DNA of 62,953 bases, counting the filler, from Octopus bimaculoides (Eukaryota): the NCBI RefSeq assembly GCF_001194135.2. It is 6 parts of 6 records of this genome, joined end to end, with 100 filler letters (N's around TTAATTAATTAA, not from the genome) between each part and the next. Parts side by side here need not be neighbours in the genome. Positions count along the whole stretch, not along the records: positions 47,445 to 60,120 come from NC_069004.1; positions 60,221 to 62,953 come from NW_026411582.1; 4 more parts are not named here. One strand, written 5' to 3'. Below the pieces are notes generated by a model. The model was not told the origin of the DNA and did not search any database. It saw only the letters and a program-made list of their open reading frames with translations. Within the stretch, counting starts at the first letter, position 1. Each line of letters starts with the position of its first letter. The position numbers were made by a program, and so were the translations under genes. Of the stretch, positions 50,681 through 62,953 are shown piece after piece.

Positions 50681-53600
50681 AAAGAACAAACGTAAGTACG
50701 TACTAACGAACTTACCGACCCACGAACAAGCGTACGTGCGTACGCAGGAAGGAACGAAAGAAAGGACGAACGAGCAAACGAAAACGTACGAACGATTGAA
50801 TGAAAAATCGAACGTACGTACGTAGGAACGAGCGTACGTACGTAAGTATGTACATAGGCAAGAAATATCAAACGAACGTACGCACGCACAAACGAACGAA
50901 CGTATGAACGATCGAACAAACGTACGAAAAAACGATCGAACGAACGTACGTACATATGTCTATACGTATGAACGAACGTATATTCGTACGTACATATGAA
51001 TGAACGTACGAACAAACAAAGGAACGTACGTAAGTACGAAAAAAACCGAACGAACAAAGAAATGAACGTTCGTATATACGAACGAAAGAACGATCGAAAG
51101 TACGAACGAACGTACGTAAGTAGGTACATATGTACGTACGAACAAACTAACGTACGTACAGATAAACGAAGGAACAAACGAACGAACGAATAGACGAAGG
51201 TGCGTACATACAACCTACGTGCGAAAGAATGAACTAACGAACGTACGTAGTATGTACATAAGAACGTGCGAACGAAAGAAAGACCGTACGAACGAACGAT
51301 AGAACGAATGAACGTACGTAAGTACGTACGAACGAACGTACCTACGTAAGTACGAAAGAACGAACGTAACTGCTTACGTCCGTTCGTACGATCTAATGTA
51401 TGTACGAACAAATAAACGTACGTAAGTACGTACGAACGAAAGGAATGAACGAAATAAAATCGAACGAACAATTTTCCGAACAAATGTACGTACATACATA
51501 TGAACAAGCGTACGTACGTACGCAGGAACGAACGAAAGTACGTAAATACGTACGTACGAAAGAACGAACGTACGTACGTAGGTACCTACGTACGAACGAA
51601 AGAACTAACGAACGTATGTACATACGTACGTACGTACGAAGGAAAGAACGATTGAACGAACGAACGTACGAAAACAAAACGAACAAAGAAATGAATGTAC
51701 GAAAGATCGATCGAATGTACGTACGAACGAACGTACGTAAGTAGGTATATATGTACGTACGTATGAACGAACGAACAAACTAACGTACGTACGAACGAAC
51801 GATAGAACGAAAGAACGTAAGAAAGAACGAATGATCGATCGAACGGACGAAGGAACGTACGTACGTAGGTTTGTACGTCGGCACGAGATATCGAACGAAC
51901 AAGCGAATGAACGTACGTACGAACGAGCGAACGAACAAAATGCACGAACGTACGTAGGTCCGAACGAACGAAACTATGTACGAACGAACGAAAGAATGAA
52001 CGTACGTAAGTACGTATGAACGATCGAAAGAACGAACAAACGAAAGAACTAGTGAACGAACGTATCTGCGTACGAACGTACCTTACGTCCATACGTACGA
52101 ATGAACGAACGTACGTACGTACGTAAGAATGACTGATCGAACGAACATACGTACGTACGAATGAGCGAACGAATTAAATGAACGGACTAACGAACGAACG
52201 TTCGTATGTTCGTACGTACATATGTATGAATGAACGAACGAAAGAACTAACGAGGGAACGAACGAACGTATGTACGTACGTAAGTACGTACGAACGAACG
52301 AACGTGCGTACATACGTCCGTATGTAAGAACGGGCGAACGAAGGTACGTACATACAACGAACGTACGTACGAGCGAAAGAACGAACGTGCGTACGAACGA
52401 ACGTACGTCCGAACGTAGGTACGTACGAACGTACGTAGTACGTACATAAGAACGAACGAACGTACGCACGTGCGAACGGAAGAAAAATCGAACAAACGAA
52501 CATACGTACGAACGAACGTACGTACATAAATCTGTACGTAGGAACGAGCGAACGAACGAAATTATGGAGCGAACGAAAGAACGAACGTATATACGTAAGA
52601 ATGAACGTACGTACGTACGAAAGTAAGAACGTAATTACGTACGTACGTACGAACGAAAGAAAGAACGTACATACGTACGAAAGTACGAACGTAATTACGT
52701 ACGTACGAACGAATGAACGAACGAACGTACGTACGTACGAACGAACGAACGAAAGAACGATCGAACGAACGAACGTAAGTACGAACGTACGCACGTACGT
52801 ACGTAGGAACGAACGAACGAATGAACGAGCGAACGAACGTACGCACGTATGTACGTACGTATGTACGTACGTACGAAACAACGAACGAACGAATGAAAGA
52901 ACGTACGTACGTGCGTACGAACAAACGAACGAACGAATAAACGAAAGAAGGAACGAACTATCGAACAAACGAATTAACGAACAAACGTAGGTACATACGT
53001 ACGAACTAACGAACAACCGTACGTACGAAGGAACAAACGAACGAACGAACGTACGTATGTATGTAGGAACGAACGAACAATTGAACGAACCAACAAACGA
53101 AAGAAGTAACGAACGAAGGAACAAAAGAACGAACTAACGAACGAAAGTACGAACAAACGAACGAAAGAACTAACGAATGAGGGAACGAACGAACGTCCGA
53201 ACTATGTACGTACGTAAGAACGAACGAACAAACGATCGAACAAACGAACAAAGAAACGGACGAACGTAAGTAGGTACATATGTACGTACGAACAAACTAA
53301 CGAAGGAACGAACGAAATAATGTACGTACAAAGGAATGAACATACGTAAGTACGAACTCACGTACGTACGAAATAACGAATTTACTAACGAACGTAAGTA
53401 CTTACAATGAACAAACGAATGAACGTACGTACGCAAGTACGAACGAACGAACTTACGATCGAACGAACTTACGTACGTATCTATGGACGATCGAAAGAAC
53501 AAAAGAACGAACGTTCCTTACGTCCGTACGTACGTAAAAATGACTGATCGATCGAACAAATGTAAGTACGAACGAACTTACCGACCTACGTACGAACGTA

Positions 53601-56600
53601 TGTACGTACGTATATACGAACTAACGAACCAGCGAAAGAATTAACGAAGGAATGAACGAATTACCGAACAAATGTACGTACGAACAAGCGTACGTACGTA
53701 CGCAGGAACGAACGAAAGTAGTAAATAGTACGAACGAGCGAACAAACGTAAGTACATACTAACGAACTTACCGACCTACGGACGTGCGTACGTATATACG
53801 AACGAACGAACAAAAGAATTAACGAAGGAATGAACGGAAGAAAAATCGAACGAACGAATTACCGAACAAATGTACGTACGTACGAACAAGCATACGTACG
53901 TACGCAGGAACGAACGAAAGCATGTAAATACGTACGTACGAACGACCTAAAGAATGAACGTACGTACGAACGAACGTATGTACGTACGAACGAACATATA
54001 TACGTACGAACGAAAAAATGAACAAACGATCGAATGAACGAACGTACGTAAGTAGGTACGTACGTATGAACGAACGAACAAACTAACGAACGTAAGTACG
54101 TACGAATGATCAATCCAACGTATGTACGTAGGTTTGTACGTCGGCACGAAATATCGAACGAAGGAACGAACGTACGTGCGAGCGAACGAAAGAATGAACG
54201 TACGTACGAACGTAAGTAAATACGAAAGAACGAAGGTACGTACGTATGTACGAACGAACAAACGAAAGTGCGAACGATCGTACGTACGTACGTACGTACG
54301 TACGGAAGAACGAAACAAACGAACGAAGGTACATACGAAAGAAAGGAAGAACGAGCAAACGAAAACGTACGAACGAACGAATGAAAAATCGAACGAATGA
54401 AAAATCGAACGAATGAAAAATCGAACGTACGTACGAAGGAACGAATAGCACGAACGTACGTACGTATGTACATAGGCAAGAAATATCAAACGAACGTACG
54501 CACACACAAACGTATGAACGATCGAACAAACTTACGTACGAATGAACGAACAAACGAATGAACGTACGAAAGAACGATCGAACGAACGTACGTACATAGT
54601 CTATACGTATGAACGAACGAATGGAACAAACGTATGTTCGTACGTACATATTTATGAATGAACGAACGTACGTATGTTCGTACGCACATATGTATGAATA
54701 AACGAAGGAATGTACGTAAGTACGTACGAACGAACGATCGAACAAACGTACGAACGAACAAAGGAACGGACGAACGTACGTAAGTACGTAAAAAAAAACG
54801 AGCGAACAAAGAAATGAACGTATGTATGTACGAACAAAAGAACGATCGAAAGTACGAATGAACGTTCGTATGTATGTACGTACGAACAGACGTACGTAAG
54901 TAGGTACATATGTACGTACGTACGAACGAAAGAAAGAAAGATCAACGAATAGACGAAGGTACGTACATACAACCTAAGTGAGAACGAATGAAAGAATGAA
55001 CTAACGAACGAACGTACGAGGTACGTACATAAGAACGTGCGTACGAACGAACGTGCGTGCGAACAAACTACGTACGAACAAACGATAGAACGAATGAATG
55101 TACGTACGTACGTAAGTAAGTACGTACGAACGAACGTACGTACGAAAGAAAGAACGTAACTGCTTACGTCCGTTCGTACGAACAAACGAACCAATGTATG
55201 TACGAAAGAACGTAAGAACGAACTAACAAATGAACGTACGTAAGTGCGAACGAACTCACGTACGTGCGTACGTACAAAATAACGAACGAACGAACGAAGA
55301 AACCTGACGAACATATGTACATACGTACGTACGAATGAACTTACATACGAATGAACGATCGAAAGAACGAACTTACGTACGTACGTACGTACCGAAGAAT
55401 AAATGATCAAACGAACATACGTATGTACGAACGATCGAACAAACGTAAGTACGTACGAACGAACGAACAAAGAAATGAACGTACGTATGTACGAACGAAC
55501 AGACGAACGAAAGAACGATCGAAAGTGCGAAAGAACGAACGATCGAATGAACGAACGTACGTATGTACGTACGAACGAACGCACGTAAATAGGTACATAT
55601 GTACATACGTACGTACGTATGAACGAACGAACAAACTAACGAACGTACGTACGAACGAACGAACGATTGAACGAAAGAACGTACGTACATACGAAAAAAC
55701 AAACGAACGAATGAACGAACGTACGTACGTACAAACGAAAGATCGATCAAACGGACGAAGGAACGAACGAACGTACGTACCTAGGTTTGTACGTCGGCAC
55801 GAGATATGGAACGAACAAATGAACGAATGAACGAACAAGCGAATGAACGTCCGAAAGAACGAAGGAACATACGTACGCACAAAGGAACGAACGTACGTAA
55901 GTACGTACGAACAAACGAACGTACGTACGAACGAGCGAACGACAAAAATGAAGGAACGGACGTACGTCCGAAAGAACGTACGAACGAACGAAACTATGTA
56001 CGTACGTACGAACGAAAGAACGTACATACGTACGAACGAACTAACGTACATACGTTACGAACAAAGGAACGAACGAAAGAATGAACGGACGTAAGTACGT
56101 ACGAACGAAGGAACGAACGTACGCAAGTAAGTACGTACGAACGAACAATCGAAAGAACGAACATGCGTACGTACGAAGGGACGAACATACGTACGTATGT
56201 ACGAAAGAATCTAACATACGTACGTACCTATGTACGTACGAACGAACGAACGAACGAACGAAGGTGCGAACGTACGAACGATCGTACGCACGTAAAGAAG
56301 AACGAAACAAACGAACGAAGAACAAACGATCGAACGAAACAAACGAACGAAGAACAAACGATCGAACGAAACAAACAAACGAACGAACGAGCAAACGAAA
56401 GAACGTACGTACGTACGAGTGAACGAACGAACGAACGAAAGAACGAATGAACAAACGAACGAACGAATGAAAATCGAAAATACATACGTACGTACGTAGA
56501 AACGAACGATAGAACGTACGTACGTAAGTATATACANNNNNNNNNNNNNNNNNNNNNNNNNNNNNNNNNNNNNNNNNNNNNNNNNNNNNNNNNNNNNNNN

Positions 56601-59600
56601 NNNNNNNNNNNNNNNNNNNNNNNNNNNNNNNNNNNNNNNNNNNNNNNNNNNNNNNNNNNNNNNNNNNNNNNNNNNNNNNNNNNNNNNNNNNNNNNNNNNN
56701 NNNNNNNNNNNNNNNNNNNNNNNNNNNNNNNNNNNNNNNNNNNNNNNNNNNNNNNNNNNNNNNNNNNNNNNNNNNNNNNNNNNNATACGTACGTACGTAG
56801 AAACGAACGATAGAACGTACGTACGTAAGTATATACATAGGCAAAAAATATCAAACGAACTTACGCACGCACAAACGAATGAACGAACGTACAAACGTAC
56901 GAAGGAACGAACGATCGAACGAAACAAACAAACGAAAGAACGAACGAAAGAACGATCGAGCAAACGAAAGAACGTACGTACGTACGAACGAATGAATGAA
57001 AAATCGAACGTATATACGTACGTACGTAGGAACGAACGAACGAACGACGCACTCACAAACGAACGAACGAATGAACGTATGTACGTACGATGGAACGAAT
57101 GAACGTAGGTACGTAAGTACGTACGTGCGTACGTACGAACGATGGAACGAACGAACGTACGAAAAAACGATCAAACGAAGGAACGTACGTACATGCGTCT
57201 ATACGTATGAACGAAAGAACGAACGAACGTACGTACGTACGAATGAACGTACGTACGTACGCACGTACGAACGAACGAACGAAACGAGCGAACGAACGAA
57301 CAAACGACATAACGTTTGAACGAACGAACGAACAAACGTGCGAACAAAGAAACGGACAAACGTATTTACATACGTACGAACGAAAGAAAGAACGAACGAA
57401 CGTACGTACGCAAAAAAAACAACAACGAACAAAGAAATGAACGTACGTATGTACGATCGAACAAACGAACGAACAAACTAACGCACGTACGTACGAACGA
57501 ACGAACAAATGAACGTACGTAAGTACGAACGAACTCACGTACGTGCGTACGTACGTACGAAATTACGAACGATCGAACGAACAAAACAACGTACGTACGT
57601 ACGAACGAACGTACCTACGTAAGTACGATTGAACGAAGTACGTACGTACGTAAGAACGAACGAAGTACGTACGTAAGTACGTACGATCGAACGAACGTAC
57701 ATACGTACGAACGAACTTACCGACCTGAGTACGAACGAATGCACGTACGTAAGTACGTATATACGAACATACGTACGTGCAAACGAACGAAAGAATTAAC
57801 GAAGGAATGAACGAAAGAAAATCCAACGAACAATTTTCCGAACAAATGTACGTACATACGTACGAACAAGCGTACGTAAGTACGCAGGAACGAACGAAAG
57901 TACGTAAATACGTACGTAGAAACGAACGAAAGATCGAAAGAACGAACATACGTGCGTAGGTACCTACGGACGAACGAACGAACTAACGAACGAACGTCCG
58001 TACGTATGTACGTACGATCGAACGAACGAACGAACGAACAAAGAAACGCAAGAACGTATGTACATACGTACGTACGAACGTAAGAACGATTGAACGAACG
58101 AACGTACGAAAACAAAACGAACGAACAAAGAAATGAATGGACGAAAGAACGATCGAAAGTACGAATGAACGAATGTACGTACGAACGAACGTACGTAAAT
58201 AGGTACATATGTATGTAAGTACGTACGTATGAGCAAACGAACAAACTAACGAAGGTACGTAGGAACGAACGAACGATTGAGCGAAAGAACGTACGTAAGT
58301 ACGAAAGAACAAACGAACGAATGATCAATCGAACGGACGAAGGAACGTACGTACGTAGGTTTGTACGTCGGCACGAGATATCGAACGAACGTACGTAAGT
58401 ACGAACAAACGAACGAAAGAACTATCGAAAGTAGGAACGAACGAACGATCAAACGAGCGAATGAACGAACGTTCGTATGGATGTACGTACGAACGAACGA
58501 ACGTACGTAAGTAGGTACATATGTATGTACGTACGCACGTACAAACGAACGAACAAACGAACAAATTAACGAACGTACGCACGTACGTACGGACGTACGA
58601 ACGAACGATTGAACGAAAGAACGAACGTACGTAAGAACGAACGAACAAGCGAACGAACGAAGGAACAAACGAACGAAAGAACGAACGTAGGTACGTAGGA
58701 AGGAACGAATGAAATTACGTACGTCCGTAGTACGTACGTAAGAACGAACAAACGAACGAACGTACGTACGAACAAAAGAAAGGTCGAACGAACAGATAAC
58801 GGAACGTACGTACGAACGAGCGAATGAAGGAACATGCGTACATACGTCCGTACGTACGAACGAACGAACGACCGAAGGTACGTACATACAACGAACGGAT
58901 GAACGTACGTACGTACGAACGAACGAGCAATAGAATGAACTAACGAATGAACGTACTTAGGAACGTGCGTACGTACGTACGAACGAACGAACTAACGTAC
59001 GTACGTAAGAACGAACGAAATTAAGGAACGAATGAACGAAAGAAAGAACGAACGAACGAATGAACGAACGAATGAAAGAACAAAGAAACGAATGAACGTA
59101 CGTACTTACGTATGAACGAAAGAACGAACGTATGTGCGAAAGTACGAACGAACGAAGGTACGTACGTGCGTACGTAAGTACGAACAAACGAACGTAATTA
59201 CGTACGTACGAAAGAACGTACGTACGAACGAACGAACGAACGTACAAACGTCCGTATGTACGTACCAACGAAGGAACGAACGAACGAACATACGCACGTA
59301 GGAACGAACGAACGAACGAATGTACGCACATATGTACGTTCGTACGAAACAACGAACAAACGAATGAAAGTACGTAATTACGTACGTACGAAAAAAAGAA
59401 CGAAAGAATTAACGAACGAACGAATGAACGAAAGAAGGACGAACGATCGAACAAACGAATTAACTAACAAATGTAAGTACATACGTACGAACAAACGAAC
59501 TAACGAAAAAACGAGCGAACGAAAGAACTAACAAACGAACGAACGAACGAACGAACGTACGTACGTGCGTACGTACGAAAGAGCGAACAAACGAACGAAA

Positions 59601-59940
59601 GAACGAAACAACGAACAAACGAACGTACGTTTGTACTTATTTTCATACGTACGAATGAACGAATGAACGAAAGAACGAAAGAAAAATCGAAAGTACGAAT
59701 GAACGGACAAACGAACGATCCAATGAACGAATGAACAAACGTACGTAAGTAGGTACATATGTACGTGCGTACGTACGAACGAACGGACAAACAAACAAAC
59801 TAACGAACGTACTCTCGTACCTACGAACGAACGAACGGACGTACGGACGGACGTACGGACGGACGTACGGACGGACGTACGTACGTACGACCGAACGAAC
59901 AAACGAACGAACGAAGGAACAAACGAAAGAACGAACGTAC
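50681..59940. repeat. ~9.3-kb CpG-rich 4-bp-period satellite (CGAA/CGTA/TGAA/AGAA/CAAA) with higher-order duplications
   Basis: Continuous ACGA/ACGT periodicity. Recurrent rare anchors include GTCGGCACG (51877, 54140, 55793, 58367) and GGCAA(G/A)AAATATCAAACG (50857, 54475, 56840). Confidence 0.95.
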
Positions 59941-60120
59941 ATATACACCACCACTACCTCCACCGCCTTCATACACCACCACCACCACCGCACTCTTACA
60001 ACACCACCACCACCTCCGCCGCCCTCATACACCACCACCAGCACCTCCGCCGCCCTCTTAAACCACCACCACCTCCTCAGCCGCCCTCTTAAACCACCAC
60101 TACGTCCACCGCCCTCTTAT
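59941..60120. repeat. C-rich 28-31-bp minisatellite (ACCACCACCACCTCCGCCGCCCTCTTAA-like)
   Basis: GCCCTC anchors at 60021, 60052, 60083 and 60111; runs into the gap. Confidence 0.8.
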
Positions 60121-60305
60121 NNNNNNNNNNNNNNNNNNNNNNNNNNNNNNNNNNNNNNNNNNNNTTAATTAATTAANNNNNNNNNNNNNNNNNNNNNNNN
60201 NNNNNNNNNNNNNNNNNNNNAAGGCGGTGCTCCAGCATGGCCGCATTCAAATGACTGAAACAAGTAAAAAAGTAAAAGAGTAAATCACTCCTTAATACCT
60301 TACAA

Positions 60306-60629
60306 TATATAACCCGGGAAAGAGGCTGGGTTGTCACGGCTGGGAGGTCTCTGATCATAAGTCTGATCGATCGGAGCTGGCCTAGGGCTAAACAACGACA
60401 GCAATCAAATGATAAAAGACAGAATCAGCAGCGCATCGAACAAAATGTTTCGTAGTAATTTAGTTTACGTCTCATTACGTCACATTACGTTTGTTCGACG
60501 CGCTGCTGATTCTGTCATTTATCATTTGATTGCTGTCGTTGCTTAGCCCTAGGCCAACTCAGATCGATCAGACTTATGACCGGAGACCTTCCAGCCGTGA
60601 CAACGCAGCCTCTTTCCGGGGATATATAT
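60306..60629. repeat. Long inverted repeat (~132-bp arms, ~45-nt spacer) flanked by (TA)n
   Basis: 60313-60444 is the reverse complement of ~60490-60621 with about 10 mismatches by eye. Confidence 0.9.
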
Positions 60630-62363
60630 AACAAGTTCGTGGGTTCGATTCCTTACCTAAAAATGTGTTCAATGCATTGCAGAGCGTCGCATCGCATACT
60701 ATTCGCCCAAAATCTTGTAACATACAATAACGTCAACGGCTTTTGCTGACTACAGCACAGTCGACGATGCTGTGAGCTTCATTTGAGGGAGGTCTGGCTG
60801 TCATGTCTAGCTAGTCGGTTAACCACGTAAAATATTTCCTTAGTTGGACTGTCGCTAGAGACAGGATGAGGTCATGGTGTCGTATTTAAAAGGTCACAAA
60901 TATCGAAATTGGGATCGATAAACTCCCCAACACTCTCTCAACCAGCCAGCCAGCCAGCCAGCCACCACACTTTCATCCACATTAATCAATCATACAACAA
61001 CAACAACAACAACAACAGCAATACACTTTGTAAACGGAATATTGCTGTTGTTACTGTTTTATTATCGTTGTTTAACCCCAGGTAAGTCTTTCAATTTGTG
61101 ACTACTCTGTTCTCCCCCCCCCACACCAGTAATATCACTTAGAACGCATTATCCAACGTGCCTTCGTTATTTTAAGACAGTAGATATGATTTGAAAGGCA
61201 CATGACTACTATTTCTGGCGCGTCGACCAACGAAGGACATCATTCCATGTCTGTTTCGCTCTGTCAGTCTAAAAAAGCTTTGACTTTTAAATTAGCAACA
61301 AGTGTGTATGTGCATTTGTGTACATGTGTGTGTGTGTGTGCATGTGCGTTTGTGTATGTGCGTGTACATGTGTGCACGTGTGTATGTGTACATGTGTCTG
61401 TGTATGTATGTATGTATATATATATATATATATATACATACACATACATACATACATGCATACACATACACACAAACATACACAGAGACAGACACATTCA
61501 CACATACACAGGTATAAACGGACACGCATACACACACATATAAACACACACATACACACACACGCACAAACACGCACAAACACACACACGCACACACACA
61601 CACAAACACACACACACACGCACACACACACACACACATACANNNNNNNNNNNNNNNNNNNNNNNNNNNNNNNNNNNNNNNNNNNNNNNNNNNNNNNNNN
61701 NNNNNNNNNNNNNNNNNNNNNNNNNNNNNNNNNNNNNNNNNNNNNNNNNNNNNNNNNNNNNNNNNNNNNNNNNNNNNNNNNNNNNNNNNNNNNNNNNNNN
61801 NNNNNNNNNNNNNNNNNNNNNNNNNNNNNNNNNNNNNNNNNNNNNNNNNNNNNNNNNNNNNNNNNNNNNNNNNNNNNNNNNNNNNNNNNNNNNNNNNNNN
61901 NNNNNNNNNNNNNNNNNNNNNNNNNNNNNNNNNNNNNNNNNNNNNNNNNNNNNNNNNNNNNNNNNNNNNNNNNNNNNNNNNNNNNNNNNNNNNNNNNNNN
62001 NNNNNNNNNNNNNNNNNNNNNNNNNNNNNNNNNNNNNNNNNNNNNNNNNNNNNNNNNNNNNNNNNNNNNNNNNNNNNNNNNNNNNNNNNNNNNNNNNNNN
62101 NNNNNNNNNNNNNNNNNNNNNNNNNNNNNNNNNNNNNNNNNNNNNNNNNNNNNNNNNNNNNNNNNNNNNNNNNNNNNNNNNNNNNNNNNNNNNNNNNNNN
62201 NNNNNNNNNNNNNNNNNNNNNNNNNNNNNNNNNNNNNNNNNNNNNNNNNNNNNNNNNNNNNNNNNNNNNNNNNNNNNNNNNNNNNATGGACAGGCTGTGC
62301 TTATAGGGATAAGAAGATATGTTCTCATCAGTTCGTATAGTGTTGAAACAACTGGAAGTCATA

Positions 62364-62743
62364 GTTGTTGTTGCTGGCACTCCGTCGGTTGTGACGACGA
62401 GCGTTCCAGTTGATCCGATCAACGGAACAGCCTTCTCGTGAAATTAACGTGCAAGTGGCTGAGCACTCCACAGACACGTGTACCCTTAACGTAGTTCTCG
62501 GGGATATTCAGCGTGACACAGAGTGTGACAAGGCTGACCCTTTGAATTACAGGCACAACAGAAACAGAAAGTAAGAGTGACAGAAAGCTGGGGTAAAAGA
62601 CTACAATAGGGTTCACCACCATCTCTTGCCAGACCCTCGTGGAGCTCTATGTGTTTTCATCAAGAAAAACTTACAACACCCGGTCTGGGAATTGAAACCG
62701 CGATCCTATGACCGCGAGACCGCTGCCTTAACGACTGGGCCAT
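62364..62743 (-). mobile_element. tRNA-derived SINE (family D)
   Basis: Reverse complement of the 19891-20269 copy, including the (CAA)n tail and B-box. Confidence 0.85.
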
Positions 62744-62953
62744 TAAGTCATAGACAAGGGAGATAACTCTCATCACATCCCATTCTGCAGCAATAGACAG
62801 TGATGTTTCGTCATATCTGTGACTTCTCAAAATCGCGTAGCCGAAACTAGGCCTGGCAGAAGCTAAATCGCTTTATATGACTATATGCAAAATGGTGTAA
62901 TAGCCATTTGCTGGTATTTCCCAACCATTATTATATAATTATATAATTCCTAT

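Noticed and set aside
56484-56837. Identical ~53-bp sequence on both sides of the 56538-56784 gap; likewise 28823-28946 and 46740-46914 across 10-N gaps
   Set aside because: Unmerged contig overlaps rather than real tandem duplications.
50638-60044. Dozens of long ORFs (RTYVRSFV / RTNERT), up to 316 aa
   Set aside because: Translations of the 4-bp satellite, which is naturally stop-poor; open in many overlapping frames on both strands.

Overview
AT-rich, microsatellite- and SINE-saturated animal genomic DNA from a gapped draft assembly. The repeat families look like those of Octopus (inference from recalled repeat sequences, not a search). Five 100-bp spacers (44 N + TTAATTAATTAA + 44 N) split the window into six segments whose spacing is unknown. 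Almost all listed ORFs are simple-repeat or N-gap artefacts. Two coding pieces are supportable, both on the minus strand. One is the first coding exon of a CFAP96/C4orf47 orthologue (47716-47794), with candidate RFX X-box and E2F sites upstream. The other is a 3'-terminal coding exon of an unidentified gene (16365-16771), carrying a Sin3-interaction-like helix and short V-x-Y-x-P repeats. The most interesting signal is a tRNA-headed SINE family whose 3' part contains a complete minimal type I hammerhead ribozyme of the Penelope-retroelement kind. There are two intact copies, one degenerate copy and one orphan remnant, and one copy shows a 13-bp target-site duplication plus an inverted tail. 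Other notable items: a ~9.3 kb CpG-dense (CGAA/CGTA) satellite with kb-scale internal duplications; two long near-perfect inverted repeats; nested MITE/SINE stacks; R4/Dong-like LINE ends in (AAT)n; and a signal-peptide + poly-Asp ORF split only by an assembly overlap. All coordinates and counts were read by eye.
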